DNA of 64,000 nucleotides from Patescibacteria group bacterium (lineage in GTDB: Bacteria; Patescibacteriota; Patescibacteriia; UBA2591; CALHIP01). Below, one piece after another: positions 41,058 through 50,314 of the stretch. Positions within the stretch are counted from its first letter, which is position 1, and each line of letters begins with the position of its first letter. The notes beneath the pieces were generated by a model, which was not told the DNA's origin, did not search any database, and was given only the letters and a program-made list of their open reading frames with translations. Position numbers and translations under genes: made by a program. The DNA lies in NCBI GenBank assembly GCA_026417895.1, contig JAOACJ010000014.1, positions 63 to 64,062 of the forward strand, written 5' to 3'.

Positions 41058-41426
41058 TTAAAGGTGTTTTTTTATTCTTTCCACTACTTCCGGCAGTGAT
41101 TGTTGAGATTTAACAAGATAATCAACGGCGCCAAATTTCAAAGCTTTTTCCCGATCTTGTTCTTGACCCAAACAGGAAAGAATGATAATTTTTGTTTCTT
41201 TTATCTTATCACTTTTTTGTTTTTCGGCCAAAAATTCAAAACCATCCTTTTGGGGCAAAATCAAATCAAGGACAATCAAATCATATTTTTTTTCTTGAAT
41301 TTTTTTTAGGGCCTCTTCACCATTAAAAGCTGTTTCAACCTCTAAATTAGTCTCAGAACTAGCTAACTTTGAGGCCAAAAGTTTGGCCAAAAATTGATCA
41401 TCCTCAACAATAAGAATTTTTTTCAT
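41058..41426 (-). CDS. single-domain response regulator
   Basis: ILIVEDD, LDLILP..DG, YLVK. Confidence 0.92.
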   Translation of the reverse strand: MKKILIVEDDQFLAKLLASKLASSETNLEVETAFNGEEALKKIQEKKYDLIVLDLILPQKDGFEFLAEKQKSDKIKETKIIILSCLGQEQDREKALKFGAVDYLVKSQQSLPEVVERIKKHL

Positions 41427-41487
41427 ATTGCGATACTAATACACCTGAGAGAAGCTAATGATGCGAATTTTTATCATCAATATTCAT

Positions 41488-42708
41488 TTATTTGTTGGTA
41501 TCGATTTGGTCTTTTAATTTCGTCTTTTCGTAGGGGAGGGTAAAATAGAAAGTTGAGCCCTTATTTTCTTCTGATTCAAACCAAATTTTGCCTTTTAAAT
41601 CATCGATAAGTTTTTTAACAATATAAAGGCCCAAACCAGTACCGTCGGGTTGATAACGAAGAGCATTGGGTGCCCGAAAGAATTTTTGAAAAATATCTTT
41701 TTGTTTATCTTTAGGAATACCAATCCCTTCATCTTTGATAGAAATTATAATTTCTGTATCAGTTTTTCCGGCAGTAATTTTAATTTTTCCGCCTGGTCGA
41801 GAATAATTGATGGCATTTGAAAGAATATTATTAAAAATAATCTCTAAGAATTTCTGGTCCAAGAAAACTTTAGGTAAAAACTGCTTTTCAAAAATAATTT
41901 TTAATCCCTTTCCCTCGATTAAAAAATTAAACTGTTTAATTTTTTCTTCTAAAAAGAGATTAAGGTCTGTCTCTTGACTTCTGGTTTTAATTGGTTTTCC
42001 ATCTAAATCAGTAATGGCTAAAAGATCGTTCACTGATTTCATCATTTTTATCTGGGCGCGCTTAATTTCTTCCAGATATTCTCTTTTTTCTACGTCAACT
42101 TTTTTATTCTCAAGTAATTCGTCGGTGATCCAACCAATTGAAGAAATCGGCCCACGTAACTGATGACTGGCAATGGTAATAAACTCACTCTTTTTTTCGT
42201 CAAGTTCTTTCAAAAAATCAATTTCTTTTTTAGCTTGAAGGGCAAGAAGAAAACTTAAATAACTAATAATCGCCACCGAAGAAAGACTTAAAAAAACGAA
42301 ATCAAGAAAAAACGAAATTTTTAACCAGATACTTAAACCAAACATTAAAAGATAATAAAAAACAATAATGATTAATAAACCAATGAGAGCTGGAATATGG
42401 GCAGTGGAAGCGGCGGCTAATAAAGGTAAAAAAATAAAAGGAAAAAGCGGGCTTTGGAAAGAACCGCTGAAGTGGATAAATAAAAGGATAAAAAGGGTAT
42501 AAAAACCTAAATCAATAAAAAATTTTTCATAACGCCAATATCTTTTTGAGATGAAAAATAAACTGATGAACGAATAAAAAGTCATGGCAACGATGATAGA
42601 TAGAAACCAGAGAGATTCTTTAGGTGGGAAAAAATAAAACCAAACGAGGAGAATCAAAATTAAAATTGGCACTACTAAACGAAAAATTTTATGATACTGT
42701 TCGTACAT
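41488..42708 (-). CDS. membrane sensor histidine kinase
   Basis: TM sensor; ASHQLRGP H-box, NILSNAINY, DEGIGIP, GTGLGL. Confidence 0.93.
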   Translation of the reverse strand: MYEQYHKIFRLVVPILILILLVWFYFFPPKESLWFLSIIVAMTFYSFISLFFISKRYWRYEKFFIDLGFYTLFILLFIHFSGSFQSPLFPFIFLPLLAAASTAHIPALIGLLIIIVFYYLLMFGLSIWLKISFFLDFVFLSLSSVAIISYLSFLLALQAKKEIDFLKELDEKKSEFITIASHQLRGPISSIGWITDELLENKKVDVEKREYLEEIKRAQIKMMKSVNDLLAITDLDGKPIKTRSQETDLNLFLEEKIKQFNFLIEGKGLKIIFEKQFLPKVFLDQKFLEIIFNNILSNAINYSRPGGKIKITAGKTDTEIIISIKDEGIGIPKDKQKDIFQKFFRAPNALRYQPDGTGLGLYIVKKLIDDLKGKIWFESEENKGSTFYFTLPYEKTKLKDQIDTNK

Positions 42709-42866
42709 ATTTAAATTTAAAGTTCAGAATCAACTCGCCAAAGTATCAATGTCTTTGATAAACATTATATCATAGAATTTCTTTAATGTCTAATTTTATC
42801 CACAGGACGGCAATTAAAAACGATGGTAAAATGAAATATCAATAAAAAAATTCCACCAGTTATTCT

Positions 42867-43334
42867 ATGAGTATATTCTCATACTTTCGTAAAATTTTCA
42901 TATTTCGCAAAAGCCTCTCTTTTTCCTTTCTCGAAGGTCTTCTGGTTATTGCCATTTTAGGTATTATTTTTTCCTTAAGCACCATTGCTTTCATTCGTTT
43001 CCAAAAAACTTACGAATTGAAAACAACAGCTAATGAATTGTTTCAGAATTTAAAAAGGGCGCAGGCTAAAGCCATGTCCCAAGAACAAGATAAAAATTGG
43101 GGGATAAAATTTGAGCCAGAAAACAAAAAATATTATCTTTGTTCGGATAATTGCACGACTAATCTTGAAACGTTTACTTATTCAACGAACATCAATCTGA
43201 CTTCTTCTCTCAATCCAATTATTTTCCAAAAACTTTCGGGTACACTGACGACGGCTGGCACCATCAATCTTAATCTTGATTCTCAGACTAAAACGATTAC
43301 TATTACGACAGCTGGTTTGATTATTCTTAATTAA
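42867..43334 (+). CDS. FimT/GspH-like minor pilin
   Basis: S|FSFLEGLLVIAIL prepilin-like segment; RAQAKAM. Confidence 0.7.
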   Translation: MSIFSYFRKIFIFRKSLSFSFLEGLLVIAILGIIFSLSTIAFIRFQKTYELKTTANELFQNLKRAQAKAMSQEQDKNWGIKFEPENKKYYLCSDNCTTNLETFTYSTNINLTSSLNPIIFQKLSGTLTTAGTINLNLDSQTKTITITTAGLIILN

Positions 43335-43404
43335 AGTTTTCCACAACTAAATTCTAGATTGTCAAAAAAATAATTTGTTCTATAATTAAACCGAAGGTAA
43401 GAAT

Positions 43405-43752
43405 ATGAAAAAGACTAATCTAAAAAAGACTAATGTAAAAAAGACTAAGAAATATACCACCGATGAGGTCAAAAGATATATGAAGATTTTGGCTGAGGAT
43501 TTTGAGGTCAAGGTGAAGGTTATTGCTGAGCAATATTTGAATATCAAAAAGACCCTTGATCAACACACCAAAATTCTTGATTCTCATAGCGCCATTTTAG
43601 CTTCTCATACTGAAACATTAGAAATTATGAAAATTGATATCCAATTCATCAAAAACTCTCTTAAAGAAAAAGAAAAAGTTGATCTGCAAGAATTTAAAGC
43701 CCTGGAAAGGCGAGTGGCTCTTCTTGAAGCAAAGATAAGAGTTTTAAAATAA
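43405..43752 (+). CDS. coiled-coil hypothetical protein
   Basis: Heptad LDQHTKI/LDSHSAI/LASHTET repeats; own TATAAT at 43381. Confidence 0.65.
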   Translation: MKKTNLKKTNVKKTKKYTTDEVKRYMKILAEDFEVKVKVIAEQYLNIKKTLDQHTKILDSHSAILASHTETLEIMKIDIQFIKNSLKEKEKVDLQEFKALERRVALLEAKIRVLK

Positions 43753-43762
43753 AAAAATAATT

Positions 43763-44674
43763 ATGAAAAGATCTTTTTCTCTCATTGAATTAATGGTTGC
43801 TTTGGGCGTTTTTGTTTTGGTGGCGAGCGCCATCATTTTTTTAGTCATTGGTAGTCAGCAATGGCAAAAGGTTTCTCAAGAAAGAGCAGTTGCTATCCAA
43901 CTGGCTCAAGAGGCGATGGAAGCAGTTCGTTCGATTCGTGACCGCGATTGGAACGAATTAAAAACAGATTCGCGGTGTAGTGAGCAAAATCTAAGAACAC
44001 GAACTTATGGTTTAAAAATTGTCAATAATGCTTGGACTTTAAGTACGCTTGAAATTGATAAAAAAGTGACCCTTAACAACAAAGAATATACCCGCCTCAT
44101 TAAAGTAGATTGTGTTTTTGAAAATGGCATTGCCAATCCAGACAAGAAAAAAATTACCGTTGAAGTTTCCTGGGGTGTCCTACCTGGTCGGTCAATTAGT
44201 TTAGTTTCTTATTTGACCAACTGGCGATCTGCTGATTTTGCCACTAAAACCAAAGGCGATTTTGAAGCCGGCGTTTTTGAAAACACTAAATTAATTGATG
44301 GCAACAATCCGATTATCAAACTTGATGATTTGGCTGGTGCCACCATCCGAGCTAATGAGTTTTTTATTGATGGTTTTACCAACACTTCAGAAATTACCAC
44401 TAACAAAAAAATCTCCTTCCGTTTTACCGCCCAAAACAACAAGACTCCTAATCAGGTCAAATTTTATATTAATCAAGTTTCTCAGCCTGGTACTTTTCGG
44501 GCTGGTTTACAGAACAATGCTAATGGTCAGCCATCCGGCACTTGGCTTTGTTCAAATATCTTTTCGGTCCAACAAAATTTCATCGGTTGGCAAACAGTTA
44601 ATCTTTCCGGTTGCCCAGCAATCGGTCCTAATACCGATTATAAAATTGTCCATCTCGTCATTGAGCCACAATAA
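43763..44674 (+). CDS. PilV-like minor pilin, apparently C-terminally truncated
   Basis: S|FSLIELMVAL, AQEAMEAVRSIRD, KKITVEVSW, SYLTNW; ends part-way through a beta-sandwich repeat. Confidence 0.8.
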   Translation: MKRSFSLIELMVALGVFVLVASAIIFLVIGSQQWQKVSQERAVAIQLAQEAMEAVRSIRDRDWNELKTDSRCSEQNLRTRTYGLKIVNNAWTLSTLEIDKKVTLNNKEYTRLIKVDCVFENGIANPDKKKITVEVSWGVLPGRSISLVSYLTNWRSADFATKTKGDFEAGVFENTKLIDGNNPIIKLDDLAGATIRANEFFIDGFTNTSEITTNKKISFRFTAQNNKTPNQVKFYINQVSQPGTFRAGLQNNANGQPSGTWLCSNIFSVQQNFIGWQTVNLSGCPAIGPNTDYKIVHLVIEPQ

Positions 44675-44714
44675 AAGCCCTTTCTCAGCATTTAAAAATT
44701 AAAAATTTTAAAGT

Positions 44715-44963
44715 ATGCCTCAAGATAAAATTATTTTAAAATTATTAGAGCATGATGAACGATTAGAGAGAATCGAGGAGAAAATGGCAACAAAAGACGA
44801 TATGAGAGAAATTATGGAAATGCTGGAGGGAATTACCACCATTGCTCAGCGCCTTGATCAAGAAAGAATTTTTACGGCTGAATGGGTTAAGCGCATCGAG
44901 AAAGAAGTTGAAGAACATCGCCAGGAAATTATCAAAATTAAAAAAGTTTTAAAAATTACTTAA
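44715..44963 (+). CDS. small coiled-coil hypothetical protein
   Basis: EHDERLERIEEKMATKDD...RIEKEVEEH. Confidence 0.65.
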   Translation: MPQDKIILKLLEHDERLERIEEKMATKDDMREIMEMLEGITTIAQRLDQERIFTAEWVKRIEKEVEEHRQEIIKIKKVLKIT

Positions 44964-44990
44964 AATCTCAATCAATCTCTTTTGTAATTT

Positions 44991-47900
44991 ATGAGGAAAA
45001 AAATTTTTAAAATTTTGTTGCCGGGTTTGGTTACTTTAACCCTCATTTTTTCTTTTTTTGAATTTAACCTTCACTCTTTTTTTCTTCAGGCTCAAGAGGC
45101 AATGAAAATTGAAGTACCAATTGAAATGGTTGACTATGGCTTGGCTTCGTCAAGAGAAGCGACTCTTTTTAATCGGACAAAAATCTTTCTTGACCCCAAT
45201 GATTATCAAGCTGATTCAACCAATTACTTTTTTGAAATCGTGGCTATAAATACAGATGAAAGAGAGGGAAGAGTTGTCTTGGTTGATTCTAAGAAGCAAC
45301 CAGTCGCCGAGATTACTGTACCACCCCAGACCAATCAACCAGCCCGTTTTAGAACAAAAGAGCCTTTTAGTTTATCTCAGGATGAATATCTTATTATACT
45401 GGAAGGAACCTCAGCAGAGAATCAACTTCAGGTTTATGCCGCCAGAATTATTATTCAACAAACGAATCCTCAAGTAACAAGAATCCAAATTCCCTTAACC
45501 AGCGGTCCAGATGATAGTTATTCTTTTAAAGAGACAGCAATTGATCAAGTAGAAAGTGGAAATTATATTCAGCCACAACCTCAATTTTACCATCTCTGGT
45601 CCTATCGTTCTCTTGATTGGGTGAGTTTAGCTGAGAGTAATCCTTTTACCTTAGAAGCTGTTTTAGCCGGCGATATTAGTGCTGCACTTTTTGATCAAAA
45701 TAATCAAATAGTTAGTGGTTCAGAAATTTCTGTCTCCAGCCAAACTCCTCTTTTGATGCAAAAAGATTTTACTGATTTAGTTGATGCTACTTATCAGTTA
45801 AAAATTAGAGGTAGAGAAGGCTTAATTTATCGGGCTGCTCTTTATCTGAGATTAACCAATCCAATAGCTTTAGAAATTTATTATCGTTATCAAAGAATGA
45901 GACAGTCTCAGACAGCTGAAATTAGAAGCTATCAAAGAGTGCTTTATGATGCCAGCCAATTTCCTGAGCATCAGATTTATCATGAAGCAACCGGTCAAGG
46001 GCAAAACCTAATGGCTGTCATTTACGACCATAGTCAAAATGAGAGCGGTACTACCAATGGCAACAACATTGAATCTTCAGCTATTAATTTTAACTCATCA
46101 GAGAAAATATTAATGCGGACTTCTCCTTTTTCTCTAACCTCTGGCAACCGCTTTATTTATTCTGTTCTTGGCGAAAGTGGCGATTTAATTTTAACCAGCG
46201 CCTCAATAGTCATTAAAATTGGTCAGCCAAAAATTGACCAGACCCACTATCGCTGGCGCAATGATAATGGTGGAGAATTGGGCGGTAATTTTGAGGTAGT
46301 TACACTTTTGCCCAATGGTAATGGTGACGAAATTACTTGGACCCCTTATCCTAATACTCCCAATCATTATACTTTAGTCGCTGACGAAAGTGATAACTCA
46401 TACGTTTATAAAACCATTCAGACCGATCTGGCCATTTTCCGTTTCGGTCTTAAAGAAAGTAATGGTTCTGTCTCTAGTTTTTCTGTTACTTTGACAGGAG
46501 ATTATGCTGAGTATTCTTATCAATGGAGTGTTAAACCATCAAATGGTCAGCCTTGGACACCTAGCGCGATTAATGATTTACAGATTGGGGTGGCCTATAA
46601 TATACTTGAAGAAATACCAATACCAGGTAAAGGAGAGATACCTGAAGAAAAAGAAGAATTAGAAGAGTCGTTTCATATTGCAGACCTTTCTTTACCTACT
46701 GGTGTTGTCATTGATTATGTTAAAGTCTTTGTCCGGGCTAAAAGGGTCTGTCGTGTAGGTCCTGAATGGCCTCCAACTTATAATTGTACTGCTTTTACGG
46801 CGAAAATGTGGGCAGAGGTTAAGTATTATCCCGGCGCGACCTATAAAGCTGACGAGGATACGCCCGTGACCAATCAAGTAAAAAATAAAAATGTCCGTTT
46901 AAGATTTTCTTTGAAGAATACCGGCTCAGCTCCAGCGGTTAATTATCAATATCGCCTCCAAGTGGCTCCAAAAGGTACGGCTAGTAGTTGCCTAGAAGTG
47001 CCGCCTGAAAATTATACGGATGTGCCAACAGCTGGGAACTGTGGTTCAGCTGTTGCTTGTATGGCTGATTCTTCATATCTTGATGATGGCCAAGCAACAA
47101 CCTGGCAACTGAGTGGGCCGGGTGAAGATTGGACTTGGGCAGACGGTAAAATAGTTGAAAGGCCTTCTAATCAGACATCTCAATTTACTTTAGAAACGAA
47201 ATCTTTTACGGAATTTGAATATAATTTTCAATTCACTAATAATGCTATTGGCGGCGCTACCTACTGTTTTCGGTTATCAAATGCTGGTGAAGGTTTGGAT
47301 AATTATAATCAAATCGCGGCTATTACCTTATTACAAACACTACCATCTTTCCGTCTTAGAGTCTCCACACCCTTAAATTATAAACAGCCCTATAATCATT
47401 CTGAGCCGGCTAAAAATTTTAATGACTCCGCTTCTAATGTGCTTTATTGGAACGGCTCGTCTTGGCTGGTTCAAAACCAACAACCGATTTATCTTATTGG
47501 TTTTAGCGATGGTAGTTTTGAGGGAAATCCGTATGATGAAGAGAATCAAACCGATAACCAGATTAATAGTTCTTCAATAAAAATTGGTCAACAATTTACC
47601 GTGCCAGCTGGAGCAGCAACTCAAAAAGTCATTCAGACTAGCTTTTATCTTAAAAAGACAGGCAACCCACCAGATCTTCTTCTTACTTTAGAAAAAGTTG
47701 GTGGTAGTTCGGTTACAAAAACTATTTCTGCCAATACCGTCTCTAATCAATATGCTTGGGTCGAAGCACCAGCTTTTGATGAAGCCTTTAATTTAGAAGC
47801 CAATGCCACTTACCGCCTTTATCTTTCTTGTGCTGGCTGTAGTGCAAACAATTATTATCAAGTCAAAAGATTAAAAACAATGAGTGGAATCAATAGTCTG

Positions 47901-50309
47901 ACTTATGATGGTGGCATTGATTCAGGATTAATTTATACTACCACAGGTACCTTTGGCAACCCTATAAATAACGAAGATACTCTTTTCCGTCTTAAAGAAT
48001 TTGCTGGCTTTCCAACTACTGGCAATTATATTTCTGCCCAAACATCTACCGGTAGCACAGCTACTACTTATTCTCATCTTGATTGGAAACAAGAAATTCC
48101 GAGCGGTGAAGTTTGTCCCACCGATCCAGTTCGTTTTCAAATTGGCACCGCTAACTTAGTCAGTGGTAGTTGTCCAGCCAGTCCGAATGCCTATTCCTAT
48201 TATGGCCCAAATGGTATCGGTGGTCCAATGTGGTGGTATGAAGAAAACGGTGTTCGTTGGAAAAAACGGCGTTCGATTACTATCAATAATCCCAGTGGTC
48301 AGGAATTAAAAAATTATCAAATTCTGTTGACTATAAATACCGCCGAATTAATCTCGGCTGGCGAATTACAAAGTGATTGCGATGATCTTCGATTTACCAG
48401 TTTATCTGGTGCCAGTCTAAATTATTGGCTCGAATCTGGTTGTAATACCTCTCAAACAAAAATCTGGGTGAAAATTCCTTATCTTCCTGCTACTCCCACC
48501 TCTAACACTACTAAAATTTATCTTTATTACGGCAACGCCAATGCCTCCTCTGCCAGCAACGGCGATGCGACGTTTATTTTCTTTGATGATTTCAACGGCA
48601 CGAGTTTGGATACGAGCAAATGGACAGAGCAAAAAGGTGGGACAACGAGTTTAAGTGTTAATAATGGTCAGATTACTTTTCATCATCCAGCCGTCCAGGG
48701 TAATTATATTTGGATCTATTCTAATAATAAATTTTCTTACCCAGTTTGGCAGGAGGTGAGATGGATTTCTTTTGACATCAGCGATGCCACGCCTCGATTT
48801 GGACAATCAACGACTACCAATTTAAGGACGAATGGTAATTATTATAATAATTATTCTGCTGATGTGGGTTTCAACTCGGCATATAGAATTGTCGGCGACA
48901 ATTCAAATAGTGGTTGGACTGTTTCTTCTACTTCAGTGAGTGGCCAGCGGCCTGAGATTTGGAGTTTTGCCTGGCCAGCCACTGGTTCGCAAATTTTTAG
49001 AAAAAATTACTCTTTACTATTGACCGGCAGTGATAATATAAACACTATCGCCGATTATTATCTTTATTTAGGCATAGCAGAGCGGACGGCAAATCAGACA
49101 GCTGTTGCTGATTGGGTACGTGTCCGTAAGTACGTCTCAGTAGAGCCAACACAGGGAGGATGGGGTGAAGTAGAAACATATAGTCCAGAAGATTATTACG
49201 CCGGCGACCTAAATACCTACTGCCAAAATGTGACCGGTGGTCAATTCTGTTCCCGCGAAATTTGTCCGGATCGACTGGCTGGCTTTCAATATCGCAAAAA
49301 AATTAACTTAACCGGTGCTCAAGGCGCTGGTAATGGCTATCAAGTGAAATTAAAAATTGGCAAAACTTCAGCTGCCATCGGTGAAGATTTTGACCTCAAT
49401 GGTAATGTTCAAGATTCTTTCAATGATATTAGGTTTACTGATGACGATGGTGTGACTTTATTGAATTACTGGATAGAATCAGTGGCTGATAGTGGCGGAA
49501 CGAAATTAGCGACAGTTTGGGTAAAAGTGAATGATAATTTAGATAATAATCAGTCGATTTATATCTATTATGGCAATGCCAATACCTCTTCAGCCAGCAA
49601 TGGTGAAGGTACTTTCGTTCATTTTCAAGATTGGAATAATTCAAATGGCTGGACTTTAAGCAAATCTTCAGTTTCTAATAGTGAACTTTTTCTTGACCCC
49701 GATGGTTTTCAGCCAGCAGCTTCAGCAAGGCGAACCGAGTTGTTGGGGGCAGGCTATGCTTTGCGAAGTCGACTTGACTGGGCTGATGAAGGCGGGCCAT
49801 GGAAAGAACAAGGGTTTGGTTGGGGTGATTTTGATCACTCATACGAATACGGCAATCATCAGGTTCGAAATGGTATTTGGGTAAGATGTTTCTATGGGTC
49901 ACCTTATCCAACTCAGTTTATTACTAAAAAAGACGGCATTGAAACATACACTCAGGTGACTTCTTTTCGGACAGGAGGATACAACACAGTCGAACTTCGT
50001 TGGCCATCTAATACACGAGCAGAGTTTTCTTTAAATGATGATGCGCCGGTTGTTCATACTACTAATATTCCTACTGGTAGTTATTATCAACATCATTGGT
50101 ATCAGTATTTCGGTACCGCTATTCAAAAAGTAGATTGGACTTTAATTCGTAAATATGTTTATCCGGAGCCAGCTATTCAATCAATCGATGCCCAGGAAAT
50201 AGTCTATCCTCATCAGAACCAGCCCTGCCTACGCTACCGATTTTTACTTCTCAACTGTCAAAACAACTCACCAAAAGTTAAGGAAGTCAAAGTCAATTAT
50301 ACACCATAA
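44991..50309 (+). CDS. large secreted multidomain adhesin-like protein with two DUF2341 modules
   Basis: Sec signal (..LQA|QE); QTHYRWRND; two D(L/I)RFT..LNYW..(I/V)WVK..IYxYYGN modules. Confidence 0.8.
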   Translation: MRKKIFKILLPGLVTLTLIFSFFEFNLHSFFLQAQEAMKIEVPIEMVDYGLASSREATLFNRTKIFLDPNDYQADSTNYFFEIVAINTDEREGRVVLVDSKKQPVAEITVPPQTNQPARFRTKEPFSLSQDEYLIILEGTSAENQLQVYAARIIIQQTNPQVTRIQIPLTSGPDDSYSFKETAIDQVESGNYIQPQPQFYHLWSYRSLDWVSLAESNPFTLEAVLAGDISAALFDQNNQIVSGSEISVSSQTPLLMQKDFTDLVDATYQLKIRGREGLIYRAALYLRLTNPIALEIYYRYQRMRQSQTAEIRSYQRVLYDASQFPEHQIYHEATGQGQNLMAVIYDHSQNESGTTNGNNIESSAINFNSSEKILMRTSPFSLTSGNRFIYSVLGESGDLILTSASIVIKIGQPKIDQTHYRWRNDNGGELGGNFEVVTLLPNGNGDEITWTPYPNTPNHYTLVADESDNSYVYKTIQTDLAIFRFGLKESNGSVSSFSVTLTGDYAEYSYQWSVKPSNGQPWTPSAINDLQIGVAYNILEEIPIPGKGEIPEEKEELEESFHIADLSLPTGVVIDYVKVFVRAKRVCRVGPEWPPTYNCTAFTAKMWAEVKYYPGATYKADEDTPVTNQVKNKNVRLRFSLKNTGSAPAVNYQYRLQVAPKGTASSCLEVPPENYTDVPTAGNCGSAVACMADSSYLDDGQATTWQLSGPGEDWTWADGKIVERPSNQTSQFTLETKSFTEFEYNFQFTNNAIGGATYCFRLSNAGEGLDNYNQIAAITLLQTLPSFRLRVSTPLNYKQPYNHSEPAKNFNDSASNVLYWNGSSWLVQNQQPIYLIGFSDGSFEGNPYDEENQTDNQINSSSIKIGQQFTVPAGAATQKVIQTSFYLKKTGNPPDLLLTLEKVGGSSVTKTISANTVSNQYAWVEAPAFDEAFNLEANATYRLYLSCAGCSANNYYQVKRLKTMSGINSLTYDGGIDSGLIYTTTGTFGNPINNEDTLFRLKEFAGFPTTGNYISAQTSTGSTATTYSHLDWKQEIPSGEVCPTDPVRFQIGTANLVSGSCPASPNAYSYYGPNGIGGPMWWYEENGVRWKKRRSITINNPSGQELKNYQILLTINTAELISAGELQSDCDDLRFTSLSGASLNYWLESGCNTSQTKIWVKIPYLPATPTSNTTKIYLYYGNANASSASNGDATFIFFDDFNGTSLDTSKWTEQKGGTTSLSVNNGQITFHHPAVQGNYIWIYSNNKFSYPVWQEVRWISFDISDATPRFGQSTTTNLRTNGNYYNNYSADVGFNSAYRIVGDNSNSGWTVSSTSVSGQRPEIWSFAWPATGSQIFRKNYSLLLTGSDNINTIADYYLYLGIAERTANQTAVADWVRVRKYVSVEPTQGGWGEVETYSPEDYYAGDLNTYCQNVTGGQFCSREICPDRLAGFQYRKKINLTGAQGAGNGYQVKLKIGKTSAAIGEDFDLNGNVQDSFNDIRFTDDDGVTLLNYWIESVADSGGTKLATVWVKVNDNLDNNQSIYIYYGNANTSSASNGEGTFVHFQDWNNSNGWTLSKSSVSNSELFLDPDGFQPAASARRTELLGAGYALRSRLDWADEGGPWKEQGFGWGDFDHSYEYGNHQVRNGIWVRCFYGSPYPTQFITKKDGIETYTQVTSFRTGGYNTVELRWPSNTRAEFSLNDDAPVVHTTNIPTGSYYQHHWYQYFGTAIQKVDWTLIRKYVYPEPAIQSIDAQEIVYPHQNQPCLRYRFLLLNCQNNSPKVKEVKVNYTP

Positions 50310-50314
50310 AATAA

